A DNA stretch of 64,000 nucleotides from the human T2T-CHM13v2.0 reference genome, Homo sapiens, in NCBI RefSeq assembly GCF_009914755.1, contig NC_060928.1. The stretch is one strand, 5' to 3'. Under the pieces are notes generated by a model. The model made no database searches, was not told the origin of the DNA, and worked only from the letters and a program-made list of their open reading frames with translations. Position numbers and translations under genes: made by a program. Positions 43,470-56,900 of the stretch are shown here, in pieces. Positions within the stretch are counted from its first letter, which is position 1. Each line of letters starts with the position of its first letter.

Positions 43470-43900
43470 TTAATAGAATTACCCGATTATTTCCTTTGCA
43501 CTATGCCTTGCAGGACCACCCACTGCACTGTGGGTCGTACTGGCTTCCTCTCTCACTGATGGTAGCTTAGCCATGGGACTTGCTTTGGCCAGTGATCTTG
43601 GGCAGGTGCTACAGTGTGCCAGTTGCTCCCATTGCATACCTCTACTCATTTTCATGTGCTCTCACCATTAGTCCTAAGGCATTAGAACATTTTCCAGGTA
43701 ACCACCAAACCAAGGTGGATAAGAGACACATGGAGAGATGGGCAGCCTGGAGCCTTGTGCTTGCTGTGTGGAGCCCAGAGCCTGAGTTGCATCAGACCAA
43801 ATGACTCATGAGCAAGAAAAAAAAGGTGCTTGTGTTCAGCTACCGAGTTCAGGGTTAATTTTTTATGCAGCACTGTTGCAGCAAGAGGTGTCTAATGTGC
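43470..43900 (+). mobile_element. MaLR LTR (MLT1H/I-like)
   Basis: 'ggccatgggacttgctttggcca'-like motif, 'gagacacatggag', and 3' end 'ttatgcagcactgttgcagcaa...ctaat'. Confidence 0.65.
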
Positions 43901-44294
43901 CTAGTGTGAGAAATCGTGTCCTCAGATTAAGCTCAAGATAAATAAAATGACAATCTCCCTGATAGTATTACTAAGCTAATAGAAAATAAGACAGACTATA
44001 GAACTAAATAGGCTGACTCTGAAAAGTGCGGTGAGAGAGTTATAGAAACATCACTATGGGAGATGAGAGGAAAGGACACTTACTTCACATTGAGGAATCA
44101 GTGAGATCTTAAGTGAAAGCACATTAGACCCAGGTCTTGAAGGATAAATAGAATTTGCTTTTGCTGAGTTGGGGAGAAGAAAGAACTGGAGCCACGGCAG
44201 GCAAAAGGAGCACAGGAATAGCAAATACTGAGTGACTTAGGTTGGAGGCCAGAAAGCATCATGCTTAATGCTCTTATCATTATCATTATATAAA

Positions 44295-44505
44295 TTATAA
44301 TTGTTAACATTTTTGAACACTCATTAATCAAACACGTTGTTTTGTATAAAGAGAGATATTCATTTAATACACACAACAATACTACATATGAAGTGGTATC
44401 ATTATTATCCTCATTTTAAGCATGAGGAAATTGAGGTTTATTTGGGTTAACTTGCCTATGCTAAATTAGTGTCAACTTAGGATCTGAAGTTGAATTTATC
44501 TGGAT
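44295..44505 (-). mobile_element. MIR
   Basis: 'attattatcctcattttaagcatgaggaaattgagg'. Confidence 0.7.
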
Positions 44506-44549
44506 GCAGGCAAATACTGGCAGGAAAATTTGGAAATGAAGATAGAGCT

Positions 44550-44810
44550 ATTTTTTCAAAGGTGTTTTGTGGTTTGCTAGGAAGTCTGTCCCACATTATG
44601 CATAGAATAGGAAGTGACCAAAGGTCTTTGGGCAATGAGGTAATAACATGACCATTTCTTGCAGCAATGTGCAAGCTGGACTAAAGTGGGAAGAAAAATC
44701 ATGGAGTATCCATTTAGGAGTATATTCCAACAATCAAGATGAGAAGCAGCGAGAGCCTGGATGTAAGTAGTAGTAAGCAGAAAATGAGTGAAGGCTATAT
44801 ATACAAGATG
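44550..44810 (-). mobile_element. L2 fragment
   Basis: 'caacaatcaagatgagaagcagcgagagcctggatgtaagtagtag' antisense L2 motif. Confidence 0.5.
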
Positions 44811-46537
44811 CCGGATTGGGATGGTGGTTACTACTGCCAGAACACAGGATGAGAAATTTATGTTATTAAATATTCATGATATAATTAAGAATAAACTATG
44901 TAACCCTGAAAAACTACTTGTAACAGTAAGCCACCCTCAACTTAATTAAAAGTCATTAAAGAATTAAAAATAAGATTTAAAGGAAAGTGGGACACATTAA
45001 TTTCTTAGGATTACTGGTGTTCATTGGGCCTTTAAATCGTTTATTCAAGAAATACTGTAATGACTCACCAACATTTTGGATATATAGCCATATTATTTGT
45101 TTCTCAAAGTCCCTAAAACTCTACCTGGCACAGAGAAGGTAATCAATAAATCTTTTAAAAATAAATAAATAACTTAAAGTAAAATAATAAATAAGAATAT
45201 TTTATAGTATGTAACCTAAATCAGTCATTATAATTAGAAATCTTTTACTTTCTTTTTTTTCTAAATTTACTTATAACTTTATTGTTAGAAATGTGTTGTG
45301 CTTTATCCTGCAGAAACATGCCATAAATTATGGTTTGGAATTCAGCCCACACAATCTTGTTAATCATCTGTCATTATGTGGAAAACAATGCTATTACAGC
45401 ATATATAATCCAATCCAAATATAACTTAAATGAAACAAAAGCAAAACATTTGATCTCTATACTTGTAGAAAAAATAAAGAAGAATGAGGAGGAAAGTGTA
45501 AAGTTTTTAAGGAGATTTCTAAGTTCATTTCATGTTATTTCCAACAATTCCAAACGTGAAGCCCCTCTTCTTGTTTCATGTCTAATTTCAATAGGAAATA
45601 GAAGGATTTTTTTTTAACATAGGTGTTGCACTAGTGCTAACTAGCCTTATGTTGATCATAGTTGTTTTTTGTTTGTTTACGGTATGTTAAGAAATTAAAT
45701 TAAAAGAACAAAGAAGGTAAAAACGGAAATAAATTTTTGTCATCACATGGAGGAAAACAAATATAAAATACAGAGAAAGAAAGAAGGAGTAAAACAATTC
45801 AAGGGAGAATTTTCTAGAGGTATTTTAAACAGAACTGTGTGAAATACAAGTCCCCAAAGAATGAGATGAAGTTAAATAGTAAGGAAGCAATAGTTCAGAT
45901 AATCACCCACAAGGGCCACTACCCCACTAGCCAAGAACAGCCAGGTATTATGGAGCAGGATTCAGTGGGCGATCCAACACTATAATTTATGAAAATATTA
46001 CAAGTTAGATATTTTTAAGAATAAATGCCTTGCAATGATTTGCCTGATTGTTTATATATGTTACTATTCTAGACTTTTAGCTAGCTTCTCAAGAAGGATT
46101 TTATTGTGTTATAGTAATATTTAAATCATCATCACCTACTCCAATGCAAAGTAGCACAGGACTTTGCTCCAAAGAACAAAGAAGTCAAGTCTTTGTTTCT
46201 ATTGCTCTCCATGGGGTGTATTTAATAGGGAAGGAATAATAGAAACTTCTAGTTAAGTTAAGAGGGGGAGATCACCTTATATCAACATGATGTACCCTGG
46301 AAAAAATTTTTTTTAAAGGAAGCTATTCTGCATTCTGAGCATCGAAGGCAATTTTGCATCAGAGACATCCTGAATGCCCTTAGTGAAAAAGGACACAGGA
46401 GGTAACACTAGTTAAAAAACCATAGTAACTTTCTTGATCTCCACACTGGTAGAAGCCAAGGGCATGGGTAGTAATCGTGTGCTGCAGGGCTAGCAAGACT
46501 CAACACAAGGATGAGCCACGGGGCACCAGCGCACCTC

Positions 46538-46802
46538 TACAGTGGTCAAGTGTTTCAGAGCATGAACTCTGAAGCAAAAATGCCTCCTAACTTCTAATTC
46601 CTGCTGTGTCCCTTACTAACTTTGTCACCACAGAAAATTTCATGAGCTGCTTATAAGTTATCTGTCCCTGTCTATAAATTGGGATAGTAATAGCCACTTT
46701 ATAGTAGTACTTACCTTGTAATATTGTTGTGTAGGTCAAACAAATTCATTCACATACTTCACTAATAATCATGCTTGGATAGAGTAAACATTAATAAATA
46801 TA
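46538..46802 (+). mobile_element. MIR (near full length)
   Basis: Head 'agagcatgaactctgaagc', core, and tail 'gagtaaacattaataaata'. Confidence 0.72.
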
Positions 46803-46906
46803 AGCTTTTAAAAATTATTATTATAATTTACTAAGTACCTATTTGTAAAAGATGGTTCAGAAATCTTTTAGTCATGTCACTGATATAAATGGCTTGTTAT
46901 ATTAAA

Positions 46907-47240
46907 TAGTCATGTACTGCATAACGATGTTTCAGTCAACAAGAGTCAGCATATACAACAATGGTCCCGTAAGATTATACCAATTGTATTTTTTTACTGT
47001 ACCTTTTCTGTGTTTAGTTATGTTTAGATACACAAATACCATTGTGTTACATTTGCCTATAGTATTCAGTACAGTAACATGCTGTACAGGCTTGTAGCCT
47101 AGGAGCAGTAGGCTTATGCCATATAGCCTAGGTGTGTAGTAGGCTATTTCATTTGGGTTTGTCTAAGGACACCCTATGATGTTCGCACAATGGCAAAATC
47201 ACCTAGGGATGCATTTCTCAGAACATATCCCTGATGTTAT
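46907..47240 (+). mobile_element. Tigger3a/MER7A-type TcMar-Tigger MITE (3' TIR clipped)
   Basis: 'agtcatgtactgcataacgatgtttcagtcaac...gtagcctaggagc...gcatttctcagaacatatccc'. Confidence 0.88.
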
Positions 47241-48764
47241 ATTTGTAACATTTTAAGTATTTTTATTTCATAAATGATCTAATGCTACATCCACTCATAC
47301 AAATATTTTTACTCTTCAAAATGAAATAGTTTATGAATACTTAGTTTCAAAACCTCAACATATTCCATATTCCAAATAAATTGGCAAAAGCATGATAGAA
47401 GAAAATGATTCAATTATGTGATTATAACATAAAAATGTGAGCAGCGTGTTTCTGTTTATACCTTATGTTCACAAACTCAAGGTAACACTTGCAGCAAAGG
47501 AGACCTAGAAGGTCAGTTCTGTGCAGAATAGAACAATATCTACAAATGTTCACAATATTTCTTAAAGAGGGAAAACATTCAAGGGAGTGTGACATGTTGG
47601 TCATAGGAATTCACCCAATGGGAAATGTGTATATAATAAGAATGGCTTTTCATATTCCTTATGATGGAAAGCTGATGTTACTCACCCACCATGCTTTTCT
47701 AATAGCACTAGTTGATTTGAGCTGAGATTGCCACACTCTTTTACTTAATTCTACAAATGCTTGCATTTATGAAAATTTCCAAGAATGAAGCCTGAATTTA
47801 TGGAAAACTTGCAGAATGAAGCTTACTAACCTATGTGTGTATTTAAAATAGCAATTTTCATCTCATTAGCATAAAGGCTAACCAATTGAATATATCACTC
47901 AGAAAATATTATAGACATATCCATCTTTTAACATGTCAGCATTCAATTGGGAGATTATGTTATTGATGTATGTTTCAGGGTTTCCCCTCCCTGCCTTCTA
48001 TACATGTTAGAGGCTCCTGTGCAGAAACCTGCCCTTTTAGAGATAAAAATGCCTCTTTGTAAGTGAACAGATGGTGTTGCTCAAGTTCAGAGACACATCT
48101 AGGCAGAATCTCAGGGGGAGGAGGGACTGCAGGGAGAGGAGGACTGGTGTAGTTTGAAAAGGCTTCCTGGGTGATTCTGATAGTCTCCCACCTCGCCCCC
48201 ACTGTGAAGCTCTGATTTAGAGCTTATAAATACATGAATGTCATGGAGATGTTGATTTGAGCTGCAAAGTAAAAAATGAATGCTTTTCCTGGTAGCAACT
48301 TGTCTGATTGCTCTTCTTTGCATTTTATGTCATAATTTTCAAAACCTGAGCATCTTAATAATATCTTTAAATTGGCCCATTTAAAAACTTCGGAATAGTT
48401 CAAATCCTACATTATTTCCATTTGTATGGGTGACACTGAATTGCAGGTCCCACAATGTCATTCAAAGATAATTTTTATTTTGGTTGTATTTTCATGTATT
48501 AGGCCACAAAATAAATGAATCGTACATATGTGACATAACTAAAGCAACACACAAATATTATTAGTAAAACCATTGAATTTAGGTTTGAGATTGAAAATAA
48601 TTATAGTCAAAATTATGTTTGAACTCCTTTAAACCAACCATGAAAAATAGTATATGTACTATGTGTTTATAAACTTTCCTATCCACTTGTTAAACTAAAG
48701 AAATAGGGGAAAGTCTATATGCAGATGTCTGAGCATTCACACAATTATATATTTCAGGTAGTTT

Positions 48765-49081
48765 CATTTTGATTTAACTTTTATTTTAAGTTCGAGGGTA
48801 TGTACGCAGGTTTGTTATGTAGGTAAGCTTGTATCATGGGTGGTTGTTGTACAGATTATTTCATCACTCAGGTATTAAGAAGCCCATCAATAGTACACTG
48901 AATAAAGAAAATGTGGTACATATACACCATGGAATACTATGCAGCCATAAAAACAACTAGATTTATGCCCTTTGTGGGTACACGGATGGGGCTGGAGGCC
49001 ATTATCCTTAGCAAATTAATGCAGGAACAGAAAACCAAATATTACATGTTCTCACTTATAAGCAGGAGCTAAATGCTGAGA
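48765..49081 (-). mobile_element. 5'-truncated, 5'-inverted L1 (L1PA13-16-like)
   Basis: Minus-strand L1 3' end at 48765-48879, then a plus-strand L1 segment at 48880-49081. 14-bp TSD ATTTCAGGTAGTTT at 48751-48764 and 49082-49095. Confidence 0.9.
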
Positions 49082-49436
49082 ATTTCAGGTAGTTTTTTAA
49101 TGCCAAACAAGTAAGGGATGCCAGAGAGAAGTTCCAGACAGTTAACTGGGTTTCCCGGAGCATAAACAACCTTTGTCACACCCAAAGGGTGTTTCTTGTG
49201 TTCCTCTGAAGGTACTGAAGGTTCCTATTCTTGAGAGGTTGGGAGTATAATGTCATTTCCTTTGTTTTGATAGTGTTGTAAATAGATGAATTTGGACTAT
49301 ATAAAGAGAAGAAGTTGTCAGAATTGGATTAATTTTCCATACACTACAGAAAAGATTGTGTTTTAAGTTTTGCTTTGATAAGTAGATGCAGAAGCCTTTC
49401 TAGCCCAGCTGTGAGTTTCCTGGAAGGGAATTTATA

Positions 49437-49742
49437 GAGTCGTCCCTGGGTATTCACGGGAATTAGTTCTAGGACCCCTGAGAATACCAAAATCCACAGA
49501 TGCTCAAGTCCCTGATGTAAAATGGCATAGTATTTGCATATAACCTATGCACATCCTTCCGTACACCTTAAATCATCTCTACTTATAATACCTAATACAA
49601 TGTGAATGCTCTGTAAATAGTTGTTATACTGTACTGTTTTTAATTTGTATTTTTTGTTATGCTGCTTTTTTTTTTCAAATATTTTCCATCTGTGGTTGGT
49701 TGAATCTGTGGATGCAGAACTTGTGGATACATAAGGCTGACT
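49437..49742 (+). mobile_element. MER2-family (TcMar-Tigger) MITE
   Basis: 'agtcgtccctgggtattc...ataccaaaatccacagatgctcaagtccc...ggttgaatctgtggatgcagaac...ggctgact'. Confidence 0.88.
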
Positions 49743-49955
49743 TAACAGAAGAGAGGAACGGACTGAGGCAAATGAGGGTCATGCTGGAAGCCATGTGAGT
49801 CCTGGGGGTGGAAAAGCTAGCTTATCCCTGAATGCATGCCTGGCTACCAGATCAAATGCCACTTGGCTAACAGTAGCCTCTGCATTTTATGTTTTCCTTG
49901 TGAGGCAACCTGCCCAGATTTTCAAGATTAGTAATTGCTATGTGGGAGATGTGGA

Positions 49956-50098
49956 GTGTGTGTGTGTATGTGTGTGAACCAGTTCTTTCTTCTGGGGTTC
50001 AGACCAGTACTTGTCTGTCATTAGTTTTCCAGCATTTCCAAGTGATACTAACGTACGTGACACACACACACACCCTTACTCACACACACACACACACA
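49956..50098. repeat. (TG)n tract followed ~80 bp later by (CA)n tracts
   Basis: TG run ~49956-49976; CA runs ~50060-50098. Confidence 0.85.
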
Positions 50099-50309
50099 CC
50101 CCTACACAGAGTATACACTTAAAATTTTACCCTCCTTGCAACTTATAATTCCCAATCCTCTTCTAACCTTTTAACCTCTTACTCTGTATCCTTCTACCGC
50201 CCATTCTTCCCACGACTTCAGCCTTTTCTACATTTGCCCTTTTTCTCTCCACCTATGTTCTGTAAAGAACCAAAGCATGATCAATTTTTCAATCATAATT
50301 AAGATGAGA

Positions 50310-50650
50310 CCCAAGGGAACACAATTTTATCGATAAGGAAACTGAGGCCCCAAAAGCCAAATTTACTTGTCCAAAGAAAGATAGAGACAGATTCAACACC
50401 AGATGATGATCTCTTCTGATTTCTGCTCATATTGGAAAAACTCTGGAATAGAATATATGTGATATCAGTTTCACTTCTGATCTTTACTAGCTGTATGATT
50501 TTCTGCAAGTTACTTAAACCAACTAAATAAACTTTGGTTTACCTATCTTTAAATAGGGAATGATAAAATTGGAATAAATAGAGTTGTTTTGAAGTATCAC
50601 CCTACAAATGGATATAAAATGACCTAATATCATTCATGGTATATAGTAAG
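50310..50650. mobile_element. Two MIR fragments in opposite orientation
   Basis: 'aaggaaactgaggccc' (minus, ~50310-50420) and 'tactagctgtatga...caagttacttaa' (plus, ~50440-50650). Confidence 0.6.
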
Positions 50651-52014
50651 TGCAAAATAGGATTTTCCTACCAAGTCCAATTTTTTTCTTTTATGCCACC
50701 TCACCTTGCAATCTTCCCTTTAGTTTAATCTTTTCTCTCGTGCAAAATTACTTCTGTTTTTTTCTAATTTTACTATATATATTTACCATTCATGTTCATA
50801 CTCAGGCTTCAGTGGCTGAAGAAATCTTTTCCAAACCTGTTAATAACATTTTGAGTGATAGAGCAGTTTCCTGTCTGCCCTGGTTTGTCTGAAGGTTAGC
50901 ATATGGTGGGTCATACACCTACAGGCCTTGCAGAATTCTGCATGTCTGAATGCTGAACTAACCCAGAGCTGCAGTGGCTTCCTCTCCTGCAAGCAGTGGG
51001 AGTCTCTGAACTCCCTGCAAGACTTGAGCTTTCCCTGCACCACATCAGAGCAGCTCTGCCTTTCTCTGGCCATTGGCACAAAACACAAAGTTTAGGAGGT
51101 GGCCAGTGAATATTTATAAAATGATTAAAGGAATAAATGATTGCATAAACATATAAGTCCTTGCTTCCCTTTTTGAACAGAGCAGAGAGCAAGCGTTTCT
51201 GTGTTGGAATCAGTGTTGTATTTCTCGCCATCCACTTGCTGGGCCTGTCTGTGTAGGCCTTTGAAACAGTAGGCTCTCCTGGTGAGCATCGTAAAGCCAG
51301 CTCCTTTCTGATTCTGTTTACCTCACAGAAGGGTCAATATATCAAGTTTAATCAGTCCTCTACAGGGGCACTCTCATTGAAAGGCATAGGGCAAAATGTT
51401 TTGAGGACATTTCTGAACACCTACTCCATCCTAAACTTTCTATTCCCCACTGCAGCCCCCGTGTATTGTTAGGGTTCACTTCCTCTTGAAGGTTTTTCTT
51501 TGTAAGGCTATCCGTACCCTCTCCCATTCTTACTCAAGTGTGGACAGCAGCCTGTTTCCCTCAAAACAGTTGAGATAATACGACATTTTCAAAAGTGGCC
51601 GTATTATATTAGAAAGAGGTACAAAACAGAATACAAAGAGGATATAAATAGTCATGTTTCAAAATTATAGAATTTCACCCCTTCTGGGGTAGATTTGCTG
51701 CTTTGACTTTGTAGATACCTCATTTGGCTTCATGCCCGCCTGGGTCTCTGATGGTCTCCTTTGATGTCATATTTTCTCCCGGCATGCATGGGGGGCACAC
51801 AGGGCATCTCTTTCCCTTCAAAGTCAGTTGCAGAAAAGTGCATCCAACTTCTTACTCTATAAATCTCTACAAACCTCCAGTTGCAAAACTATGCCTTCCA
51901 TAGTCAATGGCCAGAACGTGGGGATGGAAGCCATGTATGATCTCATTTACCTTCTTTGGATTATCTGTTTATCCCAGCCCTAGATAATTTCCTTCTTTTT
52001 TTTAACGTTTATCC

Positions 52015-53656
52015 ACGTTTATTATTTTTCCTTCTATTTTTAGTTAACATATGATAATTGTGCATATGTATGGGATACAGTGATCTTTTAATACATGTAT
52101 ACAATAGGTAATGATCAAATTAGGATAATTAGCATATCCATCATCTCAAACATTTACCATTTCCTTGTGTTGTAAACTTTTACAATTCTCCCTTCTAGCT
52201 TTTTGAAAATATACACTAAATTATTGTTAACCATAGTCACCCTTCAGTGCTGCAGAACACTAGTATTCTTCCAGTCTAGCTGTAACTTTATTAACATCTC
52301 CCTAAACTTTCCTCCCCGCAACCCTTCCCAGCCTCTAATAACCACAATTCCACTCTCGACCTCTATAAGAAAAATTTTTATAAACTCCCTGATATAATTT
52401 GGATGTTTGTCTCTGACCAAATCTCATGTTGAATTGTAATCCCCCATGTTGGAGGTGAGGCCTGGTGGGAGGTGTTTGGGTCATGGCTTGATGCTGTCCT
52501 TGCAATAATGAGTGAGTTCTCACCAGATCTGGTTGTTGTAAATTGTTACACCTCCCCACAACCACCCAGTCTTGTTCTTGCTTTTGTCACGTGATATGCC
52601 TGCTCCCCCTTCACCTTCCACCATGATTGTAAGCTTCCTGAGCCCCCTATCAGAAGCCAACCAAATGTTGGTGCCATGCTTGTACAGCCTGCAGAACCAT
52701 GAACCAGTTACACCTCTTCCTTATAAGTTACCCAGTCTCAGGTATTTCTTTACAGCAATGCAAGAATGCCCTAACACACTCCTACACATAAGGGAGAATA
52801 ATTTGCCTTTTTTCTACCTGACTTAACATAATGTCCTCCAGGTAATTAATGTCACCCCAAATGATAGGATTTCATTTTTCATAGCTGAATAGTATTCCAT
52901 TGTGCATATATTCATTTTCTTTGTCCATTCGCCTGCAATGGACATTTAGGTTGAGGCCATGTCTTGGTTAAACTAAAACTAAGAACTAAAAATAGAACTA
53001 AAAATTGAACTTTATTCAATAAAGCTACAATAAACATGGAAGTCCTGGTATCTCTTTGGTATTCCTATTTTTCATCCCTTAGATAAATACTCAGTATTGG
53101 GATTGCTGAATTGTACAATAGTTCTATTTTTAGTTTTTTTGAGAAACCTGCATACTGTTTTTCAAAATGGCTATACTAACTTACATTCCCATCAACAGTG
53201 TATGAGAGTTCCCTTTCCATGGCATCCTTACCAGCATTTGTTATTTTTTGTGTTTTTGATGATAGATATGCTAACTGAGATGAGATGATATCTCACTGTG
53301 GTTTTGATTTGTATTTCTCTTATGATTAATGATGTTAAGCATTTTTTTCATATACTTGATCATTTATGTCTTCTTTTGAAAAATGTCTGTTTAGAATCTT
53401 TGCCTATTTTTCAATTGGATTAATTTTTGCTGCTGAGTGGTTTGAGTTCCTTGTGTATTCACAAGGAACTTGTTGCTTGTTTGATAATGAATTTGCAATA
53501 TTTTATTTCTTTTTACATGTTCTCTCTTCACTCTTGATTGTTTCTTTTTCTGTGCAGGAGCTTTTTAGTTTTATATGTTCCTATTTCTCTATGTTTGCTT
53601 TGTTGCCTGTGTTTTAGGGTCATATAAAAATCATTTCTTAAACCAATGTCATGAAG
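52015..53656 (-). mobile_element. L1MA (L1MA5-7-like) 3' portion
   Basis: L1MA 3'UTR antisense 'aatgatcaaattaggataattagcatatccatcatctcaaacattta', followed by the end of ORF2. Confidence 0.85.
52390..52778 (+). mobile_element. MSTA-type MaLR solo LTR nested in L1MA
   Basis: TGATAT...CTAACACA termini, 'ccttccaccatgattgtaagcttcctgag'. TSD CTCCC / CTCCT (4 of 5 match). Confidence 0.9.
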
Positions 53657-53954
53657 TTAAAGCATAAGTTGCTATTAGTTTTCTTTTACATGTTTGTTTG
53701 TTTATGCAATAAGCGTAAAGTCATCATCAATTTAAAGTAATGGGCAACAAGATAGTATTTGCAAGCCTCATAGTAACCTCAAATTACAATACAAGGGATA
53801 TGCAAAAAATAAAAAGCAAGAAATTAAATCATAGCACCAAGTAAATCGCTTTCACTAAGAGGAAGACAGGAAGGAAGAAAAGAGAAGACCCCGAAACAAC
53901 CAGAAAACTAATAACAAAATGGTAGGAGTAAGTTCCTACTTATTGATAATACAT
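53651..53954 (+). mobile_element. Inverted L1 inter-ORF/ORF2-start segment
   Basis: Reverse-complement copy of ~56577-56889. Confidence 0.85.
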
Positions 53955-56900
53955 GTTTTGGGCACCTTTGTTGACGAGTTTGCTGTTGGTATGCAGATTT
54001 GCTTCTCGATTCTCTATTCTGTTTCATTGGTCTATGTGTCTGTTTTTATGACAGTATCATGCTGTTTTGTTTTCTAGAGCTCTGTAGTATAACTTGAAGT
54101 CAGGCAATGTGATTCCACCAGTATTGTTCTTTTTGCTCAATATACCTTTGGCTCTTCTGGGTCTTTTTTGATTTCATATAAATTTTAGAATTTTTTTCTG
54201 TTTCTTGAAGAATATTATGGTATTTTGATAGGGATTGCATTGAATCTGTAGATTGCTTTGAGTAGCATGGACATTTTAACGATATTGATTGTTCCAATCA
54301 ACAGACTTGGAATACATTTCCTTTTTTTGTGTGTCCTGTTCAATTTCTTGCATGAGTGTTTTATAATTTTTATGTAGAGATCTTTCACTTCTTTGGTGAA
54401 ATTAATTCCTAGGTATTTAGTTTTATTTATGGCTATTGTAAGTGGGATTCCTTTTCTGATTTCTTTTTTAGATTGTTCGCTGCTGGCATATAGAAATGCT
54501 ACTGATTTTTGTATGTTGATCTTGTATACTGCAGTTCTAGTAGTTTTTTGTGGAGTCTTTAGATTTTTTTCAAATGTAAGATTATATCATACACACACAA
54601 TGAAAATTTGACTTCTTCCTTTCCAATGTGGATGCACTTTATTTTTTTTCCTCTTGTCTGACTGCTTTAGCTAGGACTTCCAGTACTACGCTGAATAAGC
54701 CTGGTGAAAGTTGGCATCTTGTCATGTTCCAGATCTTAGAGGAAAGGCTTATAGTTTTTCCCCCATTCGGTGAGTCTGTCACACGTGGCTTTTATTATGC
54801 TGCGGTATGTTCCTTTTATTCCCAGTTTTTTTTATTGTTTTTATTATGAAGGGATGTTGAATTTTATTAAATGCTTTTTCAGCATCAGTTGAAATAATCA
54901 CATGATTTCTGTGCTTCATTCTGTTGATATATCAAATTGATTGATTTGTGAATGCTGAACCATCCTTGCATACCTAGAGTAAATCTCACTTGCCCATGAT
55001 CAGTTATCCTTTTGAATTTGGTTTGGTAGTATTTGGTTGAGGATTTTGCATCAATATTCATCAGAGATGCTAGCCTATAGGTTTCTTTTTTTGATGTGCT
55101 TTTGTCTGGTTTTGGTATCAGAATAATACTGGCCTTGTAGAATGAGTTTGGAAGTATTCCCTCCTCATCTATTTTTCAGAATAGTTTGAGTAGAAGAGTA
55201 GAATTGGTATTAGTTCTTTAAATATATTGGGTTTCAGGCTTTTTGTTTTTACTGGGAGACTTTTCACTCATTACTTGTTTATGGTCTGTTTAGGTTTTGG
55301 ATTTCTTCATGGTTCAATCTTGGTAAGTGTGTATGTCTAGGAATTTATGCACTTCCTCTAGATTTTCCAATTCATTGGCATATAGTTGCTTACAGTAGCC
55401 ACTAATAATCCTTTGAATTTCTGTGATATCAGTTGTAATGTCTCTTTTTCATCTCTGGATGTATTTATTTGGGTCTTCTCCCTTTTTGTCTTTGTTAATC
55501 CAGCTAAAAGTTTGTCAATTTTATCTGTCCAAAAAAAAAAAAACAATTTTTTTGTTTTATTGATCTTTTGTATTGTTTTCTTCATTTCAAATTCATGTAT
55601 TTCTACTATGATCTTTATTATTTCTTTTCTACTACCAATTTTGGGTTCAGTTTGCTCTTGTTTTTCTAGTTGTTTAAGATACATTGTTAGGTTACGTATT
55701 TGAAATTTTTCTTCTTTATCAATGTGCACACTTATAACTATAAACTTCTCTCTTACTACTGCTTTTGCTGTATCCCATAAGTTTTATTATGTTGTGTTTT
55801 CATTATCAATTGTTTTGAGAAATTTTAAAATTTCCTTCTTGATTTCTTCATTGACCTGCTGGTCATTTAGGAGCATATTGTTTAATTTCCACTTGTTTGT
55901 ATCATTTCCAAAATTCCTCGTTTAATTTCTAGTTTTATTCCATTGTGGTCAGAGAAGATGTTTGATTTTATCTGTTTTTTTTTTTAATGTTTTAAGACTT
56001 GTTTTGTGACCGAAGATATTGTCTGTCCTTGACACTGACCATGTGCTGTGAAGAATGTGTATTCTTCAGCCTTTGGATGAAATATTGTGTGAATATTTAT
56101 TAGGTCCATTTCTTCTGTAATGCAGATTAAGTCCAATGTTTGCTGAGATTCTGTCCAGGAGGTCTGTCCAATGCTGAAAGTGGGCTTTTGAAGCCTCCAG
56201 CTATTATTGTATGGAAGTCTATCCTGTTCTTTAGGTCTAATAATATTTGCTTTATGTATCTATGTGCTCGAGTGTTGGGTGCATATATGTTTAAAATCAA
56301 TATATCCTGGTGCTGAATTGACTCCTTTTTCATTAGATAATGACTTTCTTTGTCTTATGGTTTTTGTCTTTAAATCTACTTTTGTCTGTTGTAAGTATAA
56401 CTACCACTGCTCATTTTTGGTTTCCATTGACATGGAATATCTTTTTCCACCCCTTTATTTTCAGTGTTTATAAGTGAAGTGTGTTTCTTGCTGGGACCAG
56501 ATCAATGGGTCTTGTTTTTTCATCCATTCAGCCACTCTATATCTTTTGATTGGAGAGTTTAGTCCGTTTATAATCAATGCTATTATTGATAAGCAGGGAC
56601 TTACTCCTGCTATTTTGTCACTTGTTTTGTGGTTGTTCTGTGGCCTTTTCTTTCTTTCTTTCCCATCTTCCTATTAGTGAAGGTGATTTTATCTGGTGGT
56701 ATGATTTAATTTCTTGCTTTTTATTTGCTGGTGTATCCATTGTATGTTTTTCAATTTGATGTTACTGTGAGGCTTGCTAATACTATCTTATAACCCATTA
56801 TTTTAAATTGATAATGACTTTACACTTATTGCATAAACAAACAAACATCCAAACAGAAAACTAGTAGCAACTCTACACTTTAATTTCATACCCCACTTTT

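Noticed and set aside
51440-51950. Possible ancient LTR fragment
   Set aside because: Composition is suggestive, but I could not match it to a family or find termini or a TSD.
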